Shown: positions 1 to 9,146 of the stretch, piece after piece
How positions within the stretch are numbered: position 1 is the stretch's first letter
How the letters are laid out: each line of letters opens with the position of its first letter
NCBI GenBank assembly: GCA_035546355.1
Contig: DATKEH010000117.1
Location: forward strand, 1-42,572
From: Thermoanaerobaculia bacterium
GTDB lineage: Bacteria > Acidobacteriota > Thermoanaerobaculia > Multivoradales > JAIOJS01
DNA: 42,572 nt
Reading direction: 5' to 3'
The notes under the pieces: model-generated
Databases searched by the model: none
What the model saw: only the letters and a program-made list of their open reading frames with translations
Told to the model about the DNA's origin: nothing
Made by a program: the position numbers and the translations under genes

Positions 1-557
1 CCGCGGTCGTGGAGCCGGCGGGCGAGGGCCGCCACGGCGGCGAGAAAGGCCGCGGAGGGGAGGTCGGGGAAGCGAGCCTCGGCCTCTCCGGCATTGAGCG
101 CCCGCACGTAGTACCTGGCCTCCGTCCAGCCGGCGAGGTGACGGGTGACCAGCCAGGACGGCGCCTCCGCCGCCCTCCCCTCCATCCACAGCACCGGCTC
201 CGGCGTGCCGATGCCCGCCGCTCGCAACGCCCACGCCATCCGCCAGCTGCGCTCCGCCCTGCTGCCGCGCAGCCGGCGATCCAGCCGCCGGCGCCACCCC
301 TGGTTGCGGAACTGTTTGACCACCACCGCCTCGCCGCCGGCGCCCTCGCCGCGGGCCGGCCAGTCGGCGACGTAGAGGTAGTTGCGCCCCCAGTGCAACG
401 TCTCGCGGGCGGCGGCGGGATCGAGCAGGCGCGGCAGGGCCGCCGGCAGGTCGCCGCCGTCCCAGGCCGCCGCCACCTCCCCGCTGAGCTCCGCCGTCCG
501 CAGCGGGCGCCGGGCGGGCGCCTCCGCTGCGGCCGCGCTGCCCTGCGGCTCAGACAT
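1..557 (-). CDS. Lipopolysaccharide/Kdo kinase-family protein (InaA/WaaP-like), 3' end cut by window edge
   Basis: Not in the ORF track because it runs off the window. Hand translation of the minus strand from ATG 557..555 gives MSEPQGSAAAAEAPARRPLRTAELSGEVAAAWDGGDLPAALPRLLDPAAARETLHWGRNYLYVADW..EAVVVKQFRNQGWRRRLDRRLRGSRAERSWRMAWALRAAGIGTPEPVLWME..LARRLHDRG. The V-K-Q-F lysine strand, the WRRxLxRxxxxRAxRxW helix and the LH-D-x-G segment are typical of the LPS-kinase fold. The frame is GC3-rich. The ATG overlaps the rng stop (ATGTCTGA). Confidence 0.55.
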   Translation of the reverse strand, partial: MSEPQGSAAAAEAPARRPLRTAELSGEVAAAWDGGDLPAALPRLLDPAAARETLHWGRNYLYVADWPARGEGAGGEAVVVKQFRNQGWRRRLDRRLRGSRAERSWRMAWALRAAGIGTPEPVLWMEGRAAEAPSWLVTRHLAGWTEARYYVRALNAGEAEARFPDLPSAAFLAAVAALARRLHDR

Positions 558-2031
558 CCAGGATGTCGAAGCGCTCGGGGTGGAGCAGGGGATCGCCCTG
601 GAGCACCAGGGTCACCCCCAGGCGCCGCTCCAGCTCGTCGAGCACGGGCCGCTCCTCCTGCTGCAGCGCCCGCGCCACTTCCGGATGGAGCCGCAACAGC
701 AGCTCGCGAGCGACCGAGCCCCCGGCGTGGCGCAGCACCTCTCGCCGCAGGGCGAGGGCGATGGTGGGCCAGGATTTGATCCGCCCCCGACCCTCGCAGT
801 AGGGGCACGCCTGGGTCAGCTGCCGCTCCAGGCTCGGGCGGCTGCGCTTGCGGGTGATCTCGACCAGGCCGAACTCGGAAATCGACAGCACCTTGTAGCG
901 GGCGCGGTCGCGCAGCAGCGACCGTTCCAGGGCGGCCGACACTTCCTGGCGATGCTCGGGCACCGCCATGTCGATCAGGTCGATCACCAGGATGCCGCCG
1001 AGGTTGCGCAGCCGCACCTGGCGGACGATCTCCTCGACCGCCTCGAGGTTGGTGACGCGGATGGTCTCGTCGAGGCTCGCGCCGCCGACGAAGCGGCCGG
1101 TGTTGACGTCGATCGCCACCAGCGCCTCGGTAGGGTTGATGACGATGTAGCCGCCGGACTTGAGCCACACCTTGGGGCGCAAGGCCTCCTCGATCGCCGC
1201 GTCGATGCCGAAGTGCTCGAAGAGCCCGCGGTCCTGGCGAAACAGGCGCACCCGGTCGAGCAGCAACGGCTGCACCTCGCCGAGGAATTCGACGATCTCC
1301 TCGTACATCTCCTCGCCGTCCACCCACAGCACCGAGAACTCCGGCGACAGCACGTCGCGCACCACCCGCAGCGCCAGATCCAGCTCGCGGTGCACCAGCG
1401 CCGGCGCCGCAGCGCGTTCGGCGCGGTGCTGGATCCGCTCCCACAGGGCGGCCAGCACGGCACCGTCCTGCTCGAGGACCTCGCGCGACTTGCCCTCGGC
1501 CGCGGTGCGGGCGATGAGACCGCCCGCCAGCGACAGCTCGGCGAGCGCGTCGCGCAGCCGCTGCCGCTCCTCCGGGCCTTCGATGCGGCGGGAGACGCCG
1601 CGGTGGTGGCCGCCGGGCACCAGCACCACGTACCGGCCCGGAAGGGTGAGGTGGGTGGTCACCCGCGCTCCCTTGTTGGGCAGCGGGTCCTTGGCCACCT
1701 GCACCAGCACTTCCTGCCCGGGCTTGAGCAGATCGCCGATCGACGGCAGCTCGCGCGGCTCGCCAGGGGCCGGCGGCTCGACCTCGTCGAGCTCGCCCTC
1801 GTCGTCCTGGACGTCGGCGACGTAGAGGAACGCGTCGCGCTCGAGCCCGATGTCGAGGAAGGCGGCCTGCATCCCGGGCAGGACGCGGTGAACGCGGCCC
1901 TTGTAGACGTTGCCCACCGCCCCGCGCTGGGCCGCCCGCTCGACGTAGAGCTCGGCCAGCCGGTCGTCCTCCAGCACCGCCACCCGCGTCTGGTGCGGAT
2001 CCTGCTCGACCAGCATCTTGCTGTCCAGCAC
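550..2031 (-). CDS. rng: Ribonuclease G (RNase E/G family)
   Basis: 493-aa ORF. It has an N-terminal S1 domain (GNVYKGRVHRVLPGMQAAFLDIG) and an RNase E/G catalytic core (AIDVNTGRFVG, LGGILVIDLIDM, CPYCEGRG). The length fits RNase G rather than RNase E. It sits in the classical slot after mreBCD-mrdA-rodA. The start is GTG 2031 or ATG 2016. Confidence 0.9.
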   Translation of the reverse strand: MLDSKMLVEQDPHQTRVAVLEDDRLAELYVERAAQRGAVGNVYKGRVHRVLPGMQAAFLDIGLERDAFLYVADVQDDEGELDEVEPPAPGEPRELPSIGDLLKPGQEVLVQVAKDPLPNKGARVTTHLTLPGRYVVLVPGGHHRGVSRRIEGPEERQRLRDALAELSLAGGLIARTAAEGKSREVLEQDGAVLAALWERIQHRAERAAAPALVHRELDLALRVVRDVLSPEFSVLWVDGEEMYEEIVEFLGEVQPLLLDRVRLFRQDRGLFEHFGIDAAIEEALRPKVWLKSGGYIVINPTEALVAIDVNTGRFVGGASLDETIRVTNLEAVEEIVRQVRLRNLGGILVIDLIDMAVPEHRQEVSAALERSLLRDRARYKVLSISEFGLVEITRKRSRPSLERQLTQACPYCEGRGRIKSWPTIALALRREVLRHAGGSVARELLLRLHPEVARALQQEERPVLDELERRLGVTLVLQGDPLLHPERFDILDV

Positions 2032-2037
2032 CCACCG

Positions 2038-2043
2038 ATCTTA
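2038..2043 (-). promoter_or_regulatory. -10-like hexamer TAAGAT, 6 nt upstream of the rng GTG (leaderless-type geometry)
   Basis: The minus strand reads CGATAAGAT-CGGTGG-GTG. No SD lies between the hexamer and the start. Confidence 0.3.
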
Positions 2044-2128
2044 TCGACTCCCGCCGCCGCGACGTTTTCGACCGACGCGTACGGCGGTGGCGGGAGACGC
2101 GCCGCCACGGACGACCGACCCCGCCTCC

Positions 2129-3274
2129 TTATCGGTTCACGTAGCGCCGGTAGTCGACGCCGAGGAAGACGCCGGTGGCGGCAAACGCATACATGGTGAA
2201 CGAGCCGCCGTAGGAGAGGAAGGGCAGCGGAATGCCGGTGATGGGCACCAGCCCCACCACCATGGCGCTGTTGTAGAGGATGTGGAAGCCCAGGGTGGCC
2301 AGCAGGCCCACCACCAGCAGGATCCCCAGTCGGTCGCGGGCGCGCACCGCCACCTCCGCCGCGCCGAACAGGAAGACGCCGTAGAGCCCGAGCACGAAGG
2401 CGACGCCGAGGAACCCCCACTCCTCCGCCAGCACCGCGAAGATGAAGTCGGTGTGGCGGGCGGGGAGGAAGCGCAACTGGCTCTGGGTGCCCTGCCGGTA
2501 CCCCTTGCCGAGCAGCTCTCCGGAGCCGACCGCGATCTTGCTCTGGCGCACCTGGTACCCCGCGCCCTGGGGGTCGGTCTCCGGGGAGAGGAAGGTCAGG
2601 ATGCGGTCGCGCTGATAGGGCTGCATGCCATAGGTCCAGGCGAGCCCTCCGCCGACCACCGCCAGCAGCAAGGAGACGGCGAGCAGTCGCTTCTTGATCC
2701 CCGCCACCAGCAGCATCGCGCCCAGCATCGGGGCGTACATGGCCGCACCGCCGAGGTCGGGCTGGATCGCCACCAGCGCCACCGGCGCGGCGACGATCAG
2801 CACCGCCACCGCGATCTGGCGCAGCTTCAGATGCTCCCCTTCGACGCCGGCGAGGTAGCGGGCGAGCATCAGCGCGGTGGTGAACTTGGCCAGCTCCGAC
2901 GGCTGCACGGCGAAGGCGCCGAGCCCGAACCAGCCCCGCGAGCCGCCGCGCACCTGCCCCACCACCAGCACCAGCCCCAGCAGCGCCAGCGAGGCCATGT
3001 ACAGCGGCAGCGCGAAGCTGGCCAGCCGCTGATGGTCGACGGACAGGGCGACGAACAGCAGCAACAGGCCGATGCCCACCCAGGCCGCCTGTCGCGGCAG
3101 GTAGTCGATCGGCATCTCGGCGCTGGCGCTGTGGACGGTCGCCGCCCCCACCACCGACAGCATCAGTGCCACCAGCAGCAGGCTCCAGCGGACGTTGGAG
3201 AGCCGCCCGAGGGGGCGCTCCTCAGGCCTTACCAGGATCCCGGAGATCGGGCCTCTTGCGAAGGAATTCCTCAT
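2129..3274 (-). CDS. rodA: Rod shape-determining SEDS glycosyltransferase RodA
   Basis: 381-aa polytopic membrane protein of the FtsW/RodA/SpoVE type with the C-terminal GIPLPFLSYGGS motif. It lies directly downstream of the PBP2 gene. ATG 3274 is the only standard start and overlaps the mrdA 3' end by 53 nt. Confidence 0.9.
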   Translation of the reverse strand: MRNSFARGPISGILVRPEERPLGRLSNVRWSLLLVALMLSVVGAATVHSASAEMPIDYLPRQAAWVGIGLLLLFVALSVDHQRLASFALPLYMASLALLGLVLVVGQVRGGSRGWFGLGAFAVQPSELAKFTTALMLARYLAGVEGEHLKLRQIAVAVLIVAAPVALVAIQPDLGGAAMYAPMLGAMLLVAGIKKRLLAVSLLLAVVGGGLAWTYGMQPYQRDRILTFLSPETDPQGAGYQVRQSKIAVGSGELLGKGYRQGTQSQLRFLPARHTDFIFAVLAEEWGFLGVAFVLGLYGVFLFGAAEVAVRARDRLGILLVVGLLATLGFHILYNSAMVVGLVPITGIPLPFLSYGGSFTMYAFAATGVFLGVDYRRYVNR

Positions 3275-5036
3275 ACATCGCTCGCGCGATCGGCGCTGCC
3301 GCCTGCGACCCCGAGCCGCCGTGCTCGACGAAAACCACCACCACGATCTGCGGGTCGTCCACCGGCGCGAAGGAGACGAACCAGGCGTGGTCCCGCTTCT
3401 CCCAGGGCAGCTCGTGGGGCTTCATCCAGGTGTGCTGGGCCACCACCTGGACGGTGCCGGTCTTGCCGCCGATCTGGAACTGCGGCGCCTCGACGACCTT
3501 GGCGTTGTTGCCGGTTCCCCAATCCATCACCACGGCGCGCATGCCCTCCCGCACCCGCTCCCAGGCATCGGCGGAGATGTCGGGGTCGACCGCCCTCGGC
3601 CCCCCTGTCGGCTTGGCCACGTGCGCCGGCGGCAGCCTGCCGCCGTTGGCGAGGGCGGCGATCGCCACCGCCATCTGCAGCGGCGTCACCAGCAGCGGCC
3701 CCTGGCCGATGGACACCGAGATCGTCTCCCCCGGGTACCAGGGGTGCTTGCGCACGCTCTGGCTCCACTCCTGGCTCGGCACCAGGCCCTGCTTTTCGCC
3801 GGCGAGGTCGACGCCGGTGAGGCGGCCGAAGCCGAACTTCTTGGCGTAGGCCCCGATGCGATCGATGCCCAGCCGCTGCCCGATGGTGTAGAAGTACACG
3901 TCGCAGGATTGCTTCAGCGCCTGGTGCAGGTCGACCGAGCCGTGCCCCGCCCGCTTCCAGCAGCGGAAGGAGCGGCCGTAGAACACCGCCGAGCCGCCGC
4001 AGAAGACGCGAGTGCCGGGGCTGGCGATACCCTCCTCCAGGGCGGCGATCGCGGTGAACATCTTGAAGGTCGAGCCCGGCGAGTGCGCGTTCTGGATGGC
4101 GCGGTTCTGCAGCGGGTGGTGAGGGTCTTCGACCAGGCGTCGCCAGGCGTCGCCGGTGAGCCGGCGGGCGAAGATGTTGGGGTCGTAGGACGGCGACGAG
4201 GCCATCGCCAGGATCTCGCCGTCGCGGGGATCGAGAGCCACCACCGCGCCGACCTTGTCCTCGAGCTGGCGGAAGGCGGCCTGCTGCAGGTCGAGGTCGA
4301 TCGTCAGCTGCAGATCGCGTCCGGGGCGAGCGGTCTCCGTGCGTTGCTCCTCGATCCGCCGGCCGCGACTGTCCACCACCAGCACCCGCTCGCCGTTGTC
4401 GCCGCGCACCACCTTTTCGTACTGGCTCTCGATGCCCCGCCGCCCGAGCAGCTCGCCGCGCAGGTACTCCCCGCCGCTGCGGCTGAGCTCTTCCTGATTG
4501 ATCTCCCCCAGGTAGCCGAGCAGATGCGCCGTCTGCTCGCGGTGGCGATAGAGGCGCAGCTGGTCGACCTCGATCTCGAACTCCGGGTGCTCGAGAGCGG
4601 CGAGCTGGAAGCGGGCGACCTGCGGCAGGGTGAGGTTCTCGGCCAGCCGGGCGGGGCGGATGCCGAGGATGTCGCCCTGCTCGGCGAGCGCTCGGCGCAG
4701 GTCGTCGACGCTGCGGTCGAGGATGTCGGCGGCGAAGGCGAGGCTGTGGTCGAGGGATCTCGCCGCCCGCACGTCGAGCGATACGTTGTAGCTGGGGACG
4801 TTTTCGGCCAACGGCCGACTCTCGCGATCGTAGAGAACCCCCCGCGGCGCCTTGATGGGCACCCGGCGCAGCCGGTTGTTCTCGGCCATCTCCCGGTACT
4901 CGGCGCCGTGGATCCCCTGCACCATCCAATACGAGGAGGCGATCAGCACCAGGCACACGCCGACCAGGGCCGAGAGCAGGCGCACCCGCCCCACCATGGC
5001 CTCCTTGCGCTCTCGGCTGCGTAGCATCGTCGTCAT
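3222..5036 (-). CDS. mrdA: Penicillin-binding protein 2 (elongasome transpeptidase)
   Basis: 604 aa with an N-terminal TM anchor (LLSALVGVCLVLIASSYW). Transpeptidase motifs are S-x-x-K (PGSTFK), SIGQG and K-T-G (GGKTGT). It lies between mreD and rodA. Confidence 0.92.
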   Translation of the reverse strand: MTTMLRSRERKEAMVGRVRLLSALVGVCLVLIASSYWMVQGIHGAEYREMAENNRLRRVPIKAPRGVLYDRESRPLAENVPSYNVSLDVRAARSLDHSLAFAADILDRSVDDLRRALAEQGDILGIRPARLAENLTLPQVARFQLAALEHPEFEIEVDQLRLYRHREQTAHLLGYLGEINQEELSRSGGEYLRGELLGRRGIESQYEKVVRGDNGERVLVVDSRGRRIEEQRTETARPGRDLQLTIDLDLQQAAFRQLEDKVGAVVALDPRDGEILAMASSPSYDPNIFARRLTGDAWRRLVEDPHHPLQNRAIQNAHSPGSTFKMFTAIAALEEGIASPGTRVFCGGSAVFYGRSFRCWKRAGHGSVDLHQALKQSCDVYFYTIGQRLGIDRIGAYAKKFGFGRLTGVDLAGEKQGLVPSQEWSQSVRKHPWYPGETISVSIGQGPLLVTPLQMAVAIAALANGGRLPPAHVAKPTGGPRAVDPDISADAWERVREGMRAVVMDWGTGNNAKVVEAPQFQIGGKTGTVQVVAQHTWMKPHELPWEKRDHAWFVSFAPVDDPQIVVVVFVEHGGSGSQAAAPIARAMYEEFLRKRPDLRDPGKA

Positions 5037-5108
5037 CGCTACCTCGTTGCCAGCAAACTCCTTGCCTCCCTCGTGTAACAGCTCGCGCGGGGCGGGTTGT
5101 TCCGACGC

Positions 5109-5624
5109 TCAGCGGAAGCGTAGGCGGCTGGAGCGGGCGTGCTGCCAACGGCTCCACCGCGAGCGCAGGCGCGACTCGATGCCCACCAGCACCGCGCCCA
5201 GCATGGCGGTGATGGCGACGCGCCCCAGCGCCCACCCCCAGCCGGGGGCGTCGGGCGCGTCGGTGAGCAGCAACAGCAGCAGCAGCACCAGCCCCTGCTG
5301 CAGGGCCGAAGCGGCGGCGAACAGCAGCACGCGTACCGCTTGCTGCTGCACCTCGACACGCTGCGCCGCCGCCGCCACGCCGTAGGCCACGACGGTGTTG
5401 GCGAACGCGTGCAGGCCGAACAGGCCGCCCGTCAGGCCGTCGTGCAGCAGGCCGGCCGCCGCGCCGATGAGCTGCGCCACGGCGCTGCGGGTGTGCAGCG
5501 CGTACCACACGACCACCACCAGGAACAGGTCGACCAGGGCCGGGAACCAGGGGGTGAGGCGGGTGCCCAACAGCTGCCCGACGTAGGCGGCGCCCAGCGC
5601 CAGCAGGATCCTAAGGAAGGTCAC
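5109..5624 (-). CDS. mreD: Rod shape-determining protein MreD
   Basis: 171-aa multi-TM protein in the slot immediately after mreC, with a 14-nt overlap. The composition and size are typical of MreD. Confidence 0.75.
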   Translation of the reverse strand: MTFLRILLALGAAYVGQLLGTRLTPWFPALVDLFLVVVVWYALHTRSAVAQLIGAAAGLLHDGLTGGLFGLHAFANTVVAYGVAAAAQRVEVQQQAVRVLLFAAASALQQGLVLLLLLLLTDAPDAPGWGWALGRVAITAMLGAVLVGIESRLRSRWSRWQHARSSRLRFR

Positions 5625-6453
5625 GCCCGTCCCCCTCCACCAGCTCCGGCGGCGCCTGACGCTCCAGCAGGTAGACGTGGTCGAGCAGGGCGAAGTCCAC
5701 CGCCGGCGCCACCACGATGCGGTGGAACAGCTGGGTGCCGGGCGCCACCACGGTGACCACGCCGATGGCGATGCCCCGCGGATAGATGCCGTCGATGCCG
5801 GCCGTCACCACCCGATCACCCACCCGCACGTCGGCCTGGAGCGGCAGGTAGTCCAGGGCCAGGCCCCCCTCCCCGTCCCCGCGCACCACGCCCTGGCGGC
5901 CGGTGCGCTCGAGCATCGCCCCCACCGCCGAGGCGCGGTCGGTCACCAGCTGCACCTTGGCGTAGCGGTCGGCCGCCACCACCACCCGCCCCACCAGGCC
6001 CTGGGTGGCGATCACGGGCTGGTTGCGCTCGACCCCCGCTTCGCCGACGTGGAGCAGCAGGCTGCGCAGCCAGGAGGCGTGGTCGACGTACACCACGTCG
6101 GCCAACCGCATCGCGGTGCCCGTCCGGCGGTGGTAGCGGACCGCCGCACCGAGACGCAGCACGTCCTCCTCGATCCCCTGGCGCCGCAACAGCTCCCGCT
6201 CGGCCGCCTCGAGCCGCTCGGCCAGCCGGCGATTCTCCTCGCGCAGGCGACGGCGCGTGCTCATGCCGGCGGCGGCTCCGCCGATCGCCGACTCGACGGC
6301 GACGACCGAGCGCGCCACCGGCCCCAACACCGCCACCACCATGGCCTCGGCCCGCGGCCCGGCGAGGCCACGGCGCGACACCTGTCGGGTGAGCAGCACC
6401 AGCTCCGCTACCAGGAGGACGACGAAGAGCCAGCGGGCGCCTCTACCGGTCAC
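5611..6453 (-). CDS. mreC: Rod shape-determining protein MreC
   Basis: 280 aa with an N-terminal TM, a coiled-coil segment (RRLREENRRLAERLEAAERELLRRQ) and a C-terminal beta-rich domain (GDRVVTAGIDGIYPRGIAIG). It lies between mreB and mreD. Confidence 0.88.
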   Translation of the reverse strand: MTGRGARWLFVVLLVAELVLLTRQVSRRGLAGPRAEAMVVAVLGPVARSVVAVESAIGGAAAGMSTRRRLREENRRLAERLEAAERELLRRQGIEEDVLRLGAAVRYHRRTGTAMRLADVVYVDHASWLRSLLLHVGEAGVERNQPVIATQGLVGRVVVAADRYAKVQLVTDRASAVGAMLERTGRQGVVRGDGEGGLALDYLPLQADVRVGDRVVTAGIDGIYPRGIAIGVVTVVAPGTQLFHRIVVAPAVDFALLDHVYLLERQAPPELVEGDGRDLP

Positions 6454-6484
6454 CTCGGCCTCCGCTCACGCTCCCTCGACGGGC

Positions 6485-7516
<1,032 letters not shown>

Positions 7517-7528
7517 TCACTTCCCTCC

Positions 7529-7546
7529 GGCGGGCGAGCACCCGCC
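7529..7546 (-). promoter_or_regulatory. GC hairpin (6-bp stem, 6-nt loop) between the FecR-like gene and the mreB SD
   Basis: GGCGGG-CGAGCA-CCCGCC. No U-tract follows. It abuts the GGAGGGAAG SD of mreB on the minus-strand RNA. Confidence 0.2.
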
Positions 7547-7549
7547 CAG

Positions 7550-9052
7550 CTACAGACTCTCTACGAAGACGCGGGCGCGCCGCGTCGATTCGTTGCCCCA
7601 GGCGTCGGTGGCGCGGGCTTCGATGAAAGCCCAACCGGCCTGGGCCAACTGGATCGTCTTGGTGAAAGAGCCGTCGGCCTGCACGGCCACGGACTCGCCG
7701 TTGATCCACACCGAGGCGCCGGGCTCGGTGCGGCCGCTGACGATGAAGATGCTGCCATAGGCCTGGATGTTCAGCAGGACCAGGGCCGGCGGCTCCTTGT
7801 CTCCGGTGCCGCCGGCGCCGCGAAACGAGGCCACCCGAAAGCGGCTCGGCGGGCTCCAGGGGCCTCGCAGATCCTGCTCGTTGATGGCGGCCACCCGCCA
7901 GACGAACGTGCCCTCTCCCCTCAGTCCCAGGGTCGCCTGGGCGGTCCGACGGTCGTCGACGTCGATGACGTTGTCCACGAACAGCCGGTTGCGCGAGATC
8001 TGCAGCGCGTAGCGGCCGACCCCCGGCACCGGCTCCCAGGCGAGCATCAGCTCCTTCCTGGCGTCCAGGTTGATGTCGTGGTTCTCCACCGGCTCCACCA
8101 GTTGCGGCGCGGCGGGTAACGGGTTGACGGCGCCCAGCGCGCCGTCGCTCTGGCTGAGGGTCTGCAGGGTCTCGACCCGGCGCCGCTCGCCCCCGGCCGC
8201 CACCTCCATCGCCCCACGATAGGTGGTGAAGCTCGCCTGGTTGCGCTCGCTGTCGTAGGTGACCACTGCTTCGGATTCGTCCTCTACCCGCGCCTCGGCC
8301 TGCGGGGTGGCCACCCTGCTCCCGTGATGGGCGGTGTTGAGATTGATCCAACCGTACTGCAGCTCGATGCTCTGCTCGCCGCCTTCGGCGCCACCGCCCC
8401 CGTCCTGGGAGGCGTTGACGAGGAAGAGGGTGTTGGGGCGGGCTGCATAGAGTGTGCCATCGGCGAACATGATCTCGGCCGAGCCACCGGTCGAGGTCTT
8501 GACGTAGTCGCCGGGGCGCAACATCACGCGGTTGCGGGCCGCCTCCCAGTCGCCGCGCTCACCGCGCCGGTAGTCCACCCGGCCCTGCACGGCGATGAAC
8601 TGCGCCTCGCCCTCGCGCCGCCGCCCGGCGTCGAGCACCGACAGCAGGATCTCGCGGCTCCGCCGGCCGTCGGCGAGCGCTGGCCGCCACTCGCCCTCCG
8701 CGTAGTAGCTGCGGGCGCTCTCCAGCGCCGCCCATCCGCTCTCGTGCTCACCGTGGAAGCTCTCGCGGTCGGGGCGGCCGGCCAGGCGCTGGAACAGCAC
8801 CCGGCTCTCGTCGATCACCGCCGCGGCCTGGCGCTGCAGGGCGTATCGCTGCCAGTGGCCGTAGCCGAAGAACGCCGCGACGCCGAGCAGCGCCAGGAGC
8901 AGGGCGATCGCCCACCCCCTGAGGGTCTCCACCGAGACCTTGTACCAGTCCCGACCCTTGTTGCGCTGCTTGTCCCTGGTTGGATTTGGTGCCGGGGTCA
9001 ACCCTCGTCCCTGCGCTCCAGGGGGCTCGTCCCTGGGCAGCGAATATAACAC
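7550..9052 (-). CDS. Membrane-anchored FecR-domain protein with C-terminal FN3/Ig-like beta domains (function unknown)
   Basis: 500-aa ORF with one TM (WAIALLLALLGVAAFFGYGHW) and a FecR-like segment (LRPGDYVKTSTGGSAEIMFADGTLYAARPNTLFLV). The C-terminal half is beta-rich (GRYALQISRNRLF.., GTFVWRVAAINEQDLRGPWS). The start is uncertain. The first codons after GTG 9052 (TTA TAT) are atypical for this genome and coincide with a -10-like element. Alternative starts are TTG 9001 or a later GTG. Confidence 0.6.
   Translation of the reverse strand: MLYSLPRDEPPGAQGRGLTPAPNPTRDKQRNKGRDWYKVSVETLRGWAIALLLALLGVAAFFGYGHWQRYALQRQAAAVIDESRVLFQRLAGRPDRESFHGEHESGWAALESARSYYAEGEWRPALADGRRSREILLSVLDAGRRREGEAQFIAVQGRVDYRRGERGDWEAARNRVMLRPGDYVKTSTGGSAEIMFADGTLYAARPNTLFLVNASQDGGGGAEGGEQSIELQYGWINLNTAHHGSRVATPQAEARVEDESEAVVTYDSERNQASFTTYRGAMEVAAGGERRRVETLQTLSQSDGALGAVNPLPAAPQLVEPVENHDINLDARKELMLAWEPVPGVGRYALQISRNRLFVDNVIDVDDRRTAQATLGLRGEGTFVWRVAAINEQDLRGPWSPPSRFRVASFRGAGGTGDKEPPALVLLNIQAYGSIFIVSGRTEPGASVWINGESVAVQADGSFTKTIQLAQAGWAFIEARATDAWGNESTRRARVFVESL
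9043..9051 (-). promoter_or_regulatory. Extended -10-like element TGTTATATT for the FecR-like gene / mreB operon
   Basis: The reverse complement of AATATAACA is TGTTATATT. This is one of very few AT-rich nonamers in the window. It overlaps the first codons of the track ORF. Confidence 0.3.
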
Positions 9053-9092
9053 GCCGCTAGCGTGAGTTGCGTCGAGGCGGGGACCGCCCTTG

Positions 9093-9101
9093 TGCTAGAG
9101 T
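9093..9101 (+). promoter_or_regulatory. Extended -10-like element TGCTAGAGT upstream of ppiD
   Basis: TG-n-TAGAGT lies 45 nt before ATG 9147. It is divergent from the 9043-9051 element. Confidence 0.3.
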
Positions 9102-9146
9102 CGCGTGTCCGCCAGGCGGCCCCCCCCAGCGAGGAGATTCCCCTTC

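Noticed and set aside
2050-2092. Inverted repeat CCGCCGCCG..(22 nt)..CGGCGGTGG between rodA and rng as an intrinsic terminator
   Set aside because: The stem is imperfect and the loop is long. No U-tract follows on the minus strand. It is indistinguishable from background GC-rich self-complementarity.
9-2199. Plus-strand ORFs 9..779, 145..375 and 382..2199
   Set aside because: They are antisense to the kinase-family gene and to rng, both of which give sensible motif-containing translations. The plus-strand products are low-complexity.
3271-5508. 745-aa minus-strand ORF overlapping mrdA and mreD, and similar cases at 14609..17446, 16441..18102 (N-terminal part), 18160..19233, 19144..21189, 21117..23039, 23209..24678, 26149..27906 (N-terminal part), 29019..30908 and 30165..32267 (N-terminal part)
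   Set aside because: All are alternative frames of regions already explained by motif-bearing genes. The translations are Arg/Pro/Gly/Ala strings. Where the C-terminal part is real (folA, HAD, flavoprotein) only that part was kept.
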